Origin: Camelus ferus
Taxonomy: Eukaryota
Reading direction: 5' to 3'
Assembly (NCBI RefSeq): GCF_009834535.1
Contig: NC_045696.1
Location: 119,476,001 to 119,540,000 of the forward strand
Length of the DNA stretch: 64,000 bases
Position numbers and translations under genes: made by a program. Shown in pieces: positions 60,545 through 64,000 of this stretch. The notes below the pieces were generated by a model. The model was not told where the DNA came from and made no database searches. It saw only the letters and a list, made by a program, of their open reading frames with translations. Each line of letters opens with the position of its first letter. The stretch's first letter is position 1.

Positions 60545-61240
60545 ATTCATTCATTGAGCACCTGCTGTTCCAGGCACTTAATTCTTAATTCTCGGATGAT
60601 TCCCAGATAATTCCCCCTTCATTCTTGGGGTTAGAGCAGGGAAATGGGCACAGAACCCCACCTTGTTGAGTTTCCTTTTGAATGAGAGTAGACAGTCAAT
60701 TTTTTAAATTAAAATACATGCTTTGTTAAAAAGAAACAAATAATAAGGCACACAAAACAAAACCAGAGCAGGGTATAGGAGATTAGGAATTAGCCAGGGA
60801 AGACGGAGAGAGTTGTAATTTAACACTGGGGGGTCAAGGAAGGCCTCGTTGAGATGGTTTCAGTAAAGCCTCGAGGGAAGTATGGATGGATATCTGGCGG
60901 AAGAGCTTTCTGGAGAGAGGGCGGGGCCAGCGGGGAGGTTCTGAGGCCAGAGCAGGGCTTGTGCGTTCAGGACCCAGGCGGAGGAGCTCCTGGAGGGTTC
61001 CGAGCAGAGGGGGGTGTGCTCTGACGTCTCACTGGGTCTCTTTCCGAGGGCTGCCAATGCAGCCGCCCAGGGCGTGCACTCCACTACCCTCTAGAAGGTT
61101 CCTGTTAAACATTTAGTCCACTTACCTAGACTATTCTGTGTAACACAGCAACCTAATGGCCACTGTCTGAGAAAAAATGGACGAGGTACCCGGGTGGAAG
61201 CAGGAAAACCAGTCAAGAGGCCTTTATAGTAATCCAGGCA
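60545..61240 (-). mobile_element. L2 remnant
   Basis: ATTCATTCATTGAGCACCTGCTGTTCCAGGCAC; GGTCAAGGAAGGCCTCGTTGAG; GAAGCAGGAAAACCAGTCAAGAGGC...TAATCCAGGC. Confidence 0.7.
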
Positions 61241-61949
61241 TCGATCTACTTGTGGGACTGTTGCATCCCTGACACCTAGGATAGTGCCTGGAACAGGTGG
61301 GCAGGCAGGGAATGGATGATTACCTTCTGCCCCACAGTGTGAGCTGGACTTGGGGAGCCAAATCTCCCCTGTATCCCAGGGCACTCCCTGGTAACTTCCT
61401 GGATGCACATATCTCAAATGAATGGGTAGACCAGATGACTTTTCAAATCTTAAATTCTGTCAGCCCAGCTGCCATCTGGCCTCCTCCCCTAGGAAGCTCC
61501 ACTGTCTACAAGTCCATGTCCAATTCTACATGTTGAAACTGAACTCATCCCTTTCTCCTCTCCCCACCTGAAACAGCCTCCTCCTGGCTTCCCTCACCTG
61601 TTGATGGAGGCATCGTTTTCCCACCTCGGTTTGAAGCCTGTTATCTTTACCAGTCTTGTCCAGGTCTAAGTCCTGGAACAACTTCTCTTTCAGCTCCACC
61701 GTCCAGACCCCAGTCCTGCCCTCACCACATCTCCCTGGGAGCCACACTGGCCTCTCATTCTCTATGTGCATCTTGCCACTCCCCCCGCCTCCCTACTCCA
61801 TGGATGCCCTCCTGTTCTTCCCTCCACCTCCAGGACCTCTCTCCAAGCTCAAGTCTGTTGTTCATCTGTGCTGGACCCATCTCTCCATGACCTCGTCTTC
61901 AGAAGTCCTCTGCCCTCTGTGAGCTGTCATTTGGCAATGTCCAGAGAAG

Positions 61950-62200
61950 AGTAGTGAGTAAGGGAAAGAATGCAAGCTTTGGAGGCAGACAGATGGGATT
62001 CAGACCCCAGCTAGTATGAGCCTCCTAGGATGTGATCTGGGGAATTCATGCATCCTCCTATCTGGGCCTTAGTTTCTTCACATTAAAGCTTTTTAAAAGA
62101 TTAAAATCTTTAAAGTCTACTTTATAAACCAATGTGAGCATCCAAAGCTAATATTTACAAAGCACCTAGTATGCATTTGGTACTCAATAAATGCTGTTTC
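61950..62200 (+). mobile_element. MIR SINE
   Basis: GCTTTGGAGGCAGACAGATGGGATTCAGACCCCAGCT...CCTTAGTTTCTTCA...TACTCAATAAATG. Confidence 0.75.
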
Positions 62201-62591
62201 CTTCTTTCTGCCTGTTTTCGCTTGCCCACAGTTCCACTGCCTGCGCTGGCATTTTGATTCCTTTCCCCATTGCCTTCTTACACGTAGTTAAATTTTGATT
62301 TATACATGTTTGTTAGTAACACATGTAATCCAGGTCTTATCAGCCCAGCGGAGAACATGAGATAATGGGAAACCCTTTCTCAGTAATTATCTACTTGAAT
62401 TTGCATCCAAATCACCTATACAATTGTCCATGTCAGATTTTAAAACTTCTTTGGGTATTTTTTTGCCTACTTTTCAGTAGAAGAGGATAGCATAATGAAC
62501 CTCCGTGTACCTGTTACCCAGCTCTGGTAACTCTCAGTTTTGAGCCAGTCTTGCTTCATCTATTGCTCTCCATTTTTACTTCTGGAGTCTT

Positions 62592-62594
<3 letters not shown>

Positions 62595-62650
<56 letters not shown>

Positions 62651-63278
62651 TTTTCCTTTTCATATTATTTCTCATTATAGGTCACTACAAGGTACTGAAT
62701 ATGGTTCCCTGTGCTTTACAGTAAAAACTTGTTGTTTATCTATTTTATATATAATAGTACCTGCAAATCTCGAACTCCCAATTTATCCCTTCCCACCCCT
62801 TTTACAGCCCCTCCCCACCCGCCCTGGAACCTTAAGTTTGTTTTCTATGTCTGTGAGTCTGTTTCTGTTTTGTAAATAAGGTCATTTGTGTCTTTTTCAT
62901 TTTAGGTTCCATATATAAGTGATATCACATGGTATTTTTCTTTCTCTTTCTGGCCTACTTCACTTAGAATGACAATCTCCAGGTCCGTCCAAGTTGCTGC
63001 AAATGGCATTCTTTTGTCCTTTTTTATAGCCGAGTAATATTCCATTGTATAAATACACCACAGCTTCTTTATGCAGTCATCTGTTGATGGGCATTTAGGT
63101 TGCTTCTATGTCTTGGCTATTGTATATGGTGCTGCTGTGAACATTGGGGTGCATGTGTCTTTTTAAATTAGAGTTCCCTCTGGATATATGCCAGGTATGG
63201 GAATGCTGGATCCCATGGTAACTCTATTTTTAGTTTTTTAAGGAATCTCCATACTGTTTCCCATAATGGCTGCACCAG
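62595..63278 (-). mobile_element. 5'-truncated L1 with (TTTA)n tail inside an older L1M
   Basis: (TTTA)n at ~62591-62652, then antisense L1 3' region. TSD TTTACTTCTGGAGTCTTTTA (62575-94) / TTTATTTCTGGAGTATTTTA (63279-98). Confidence 0.93.
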
Positions 63279-63368
63279 TTTATTTCTGGAGTATTTTAAA
63301 GCAAATCTCAGACATCATATTTCTCCACTCACAAATGCTTCAGTAGGTATCTCTACTATGGAAGGACT

Positions 63369-63743
63369 TGTCAGTTTTCCAGGGCTGCCATAACAAAATG
63401 CCATAAACTCAGTGGCTTGCAGAACAGACATTCATTTTCTCACAGTTCTGGAGGCTGAAGTCCAAGATCAAGGTGTCAGCAGGTCTGGTTTTTCCCGAGG
63501 CCTTGCCCCCTGGCCAGTAGAAGGCTGCCTTCTCGCTGTGTCCTCACACGCCTTTTCCCTTCAAACACATCTCGTGTCTCTTCCTATTCTTACAAGGACA
63601 CCAGTCCTATCAGATCAGGCCCCACTTCATGACCTCACTTAACCTGAGTTCGCACTGTAAAGGCCGTGTCTTCAAATACAGTCGCAATAGGGGTTAGGGC
63701 TTCAACATACGAATTTGGGGGAAAAACAAGTCGGTCCACAACA
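63369..63743 (-). mobile_element. MLT1A-like solo LTR
   Basis: TG...CA ends with 5-bp TSD GGACT (63364-68 / 63744-48); TCTCACAGTTCTGGAGGCTGAAGTCCAAGATCAAGGTG; GGGCTTCAACATACGAATTTGGGG. Confidence 0.92.
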
Positions 63744-64000
63744 GGACTTTTAAAAAACACGATCATAACATCATTGTGCCTAAAAATAATAGTAACAGTT
63801 GCTTAATACTGTGTAACATCCTGTCCGCATTCAAATTTCCCTAGTTGTCCCCAATACTTTTTTTTTAACAGTTTGTTTAAATTAAGGTCCAAAAGGTGGA
63901 GCATTGTTTTCAAAATACAGATTCCTAGGCCCTGCCCTGGTGTGGTGATTTAGCTCCCCCACATGCTGCCTCTGGGGGGTCCTGAGAGTTTTTGATTGCT

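Noticed and set aside
1..64000. Novel multi-gene, CRISPR or defence-type system
   Set aside because: This is mammalian repeat-rich DNA with no intact non-TE ORFs, no repeat-spacer arrays and no operon-like structure.

Overview
This is a mammalian, repeat-dominated, essentially non-coding 64-kb window, most likely from a camelid (alpaca/camel). Six copies of a tRNA-Ala-derived SINE with the camelid Vic-1-type head and cetartiodactyl-type L1 3' ends are present; I saw no BovB, Bov-tA, PRE or Alu. I can recognise no host protein-coding exon. ORF-track entries are either chance ORFs or decayed L1 ORF1/ORF2 fragments. Landmarks: (1) a CpG island at ~32.5-32.9 kb with CTCF-like motifs and a strong + strand splice donor, probably the promoter and first exon of an unidentified gene or lncRNA; (2) a near-full-length decayed L1 on the - strand (40.36-46.9 kb); (3) hAT/Charlie and Tigger1 transposase fossils; (4) many MaLR/ERVL/ERV1 solo LTRs plus L2, MIR and MER elements; (5) several repeat-free, motif-rich candidate enhancers. 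I found no evidence for a new multi-gene system. The most unusual signals are small repair and retrotransposition scars: two ~33-nt templated insertions copied from 1.0-1.6 kb upstream, a tailless TSD-flanked L1 5'-end insertion, a tailless U6 fragment nested in an L1 tail inside MER63, a twin-primed L1, a SINE-L1 tail chimera, and a strongly GC-shifted Tigger1 segment. Repeat family names come from recalled consensus sequences and need RepeatMasker/Dfam confirmation; boundaries of old repeats are approximate.
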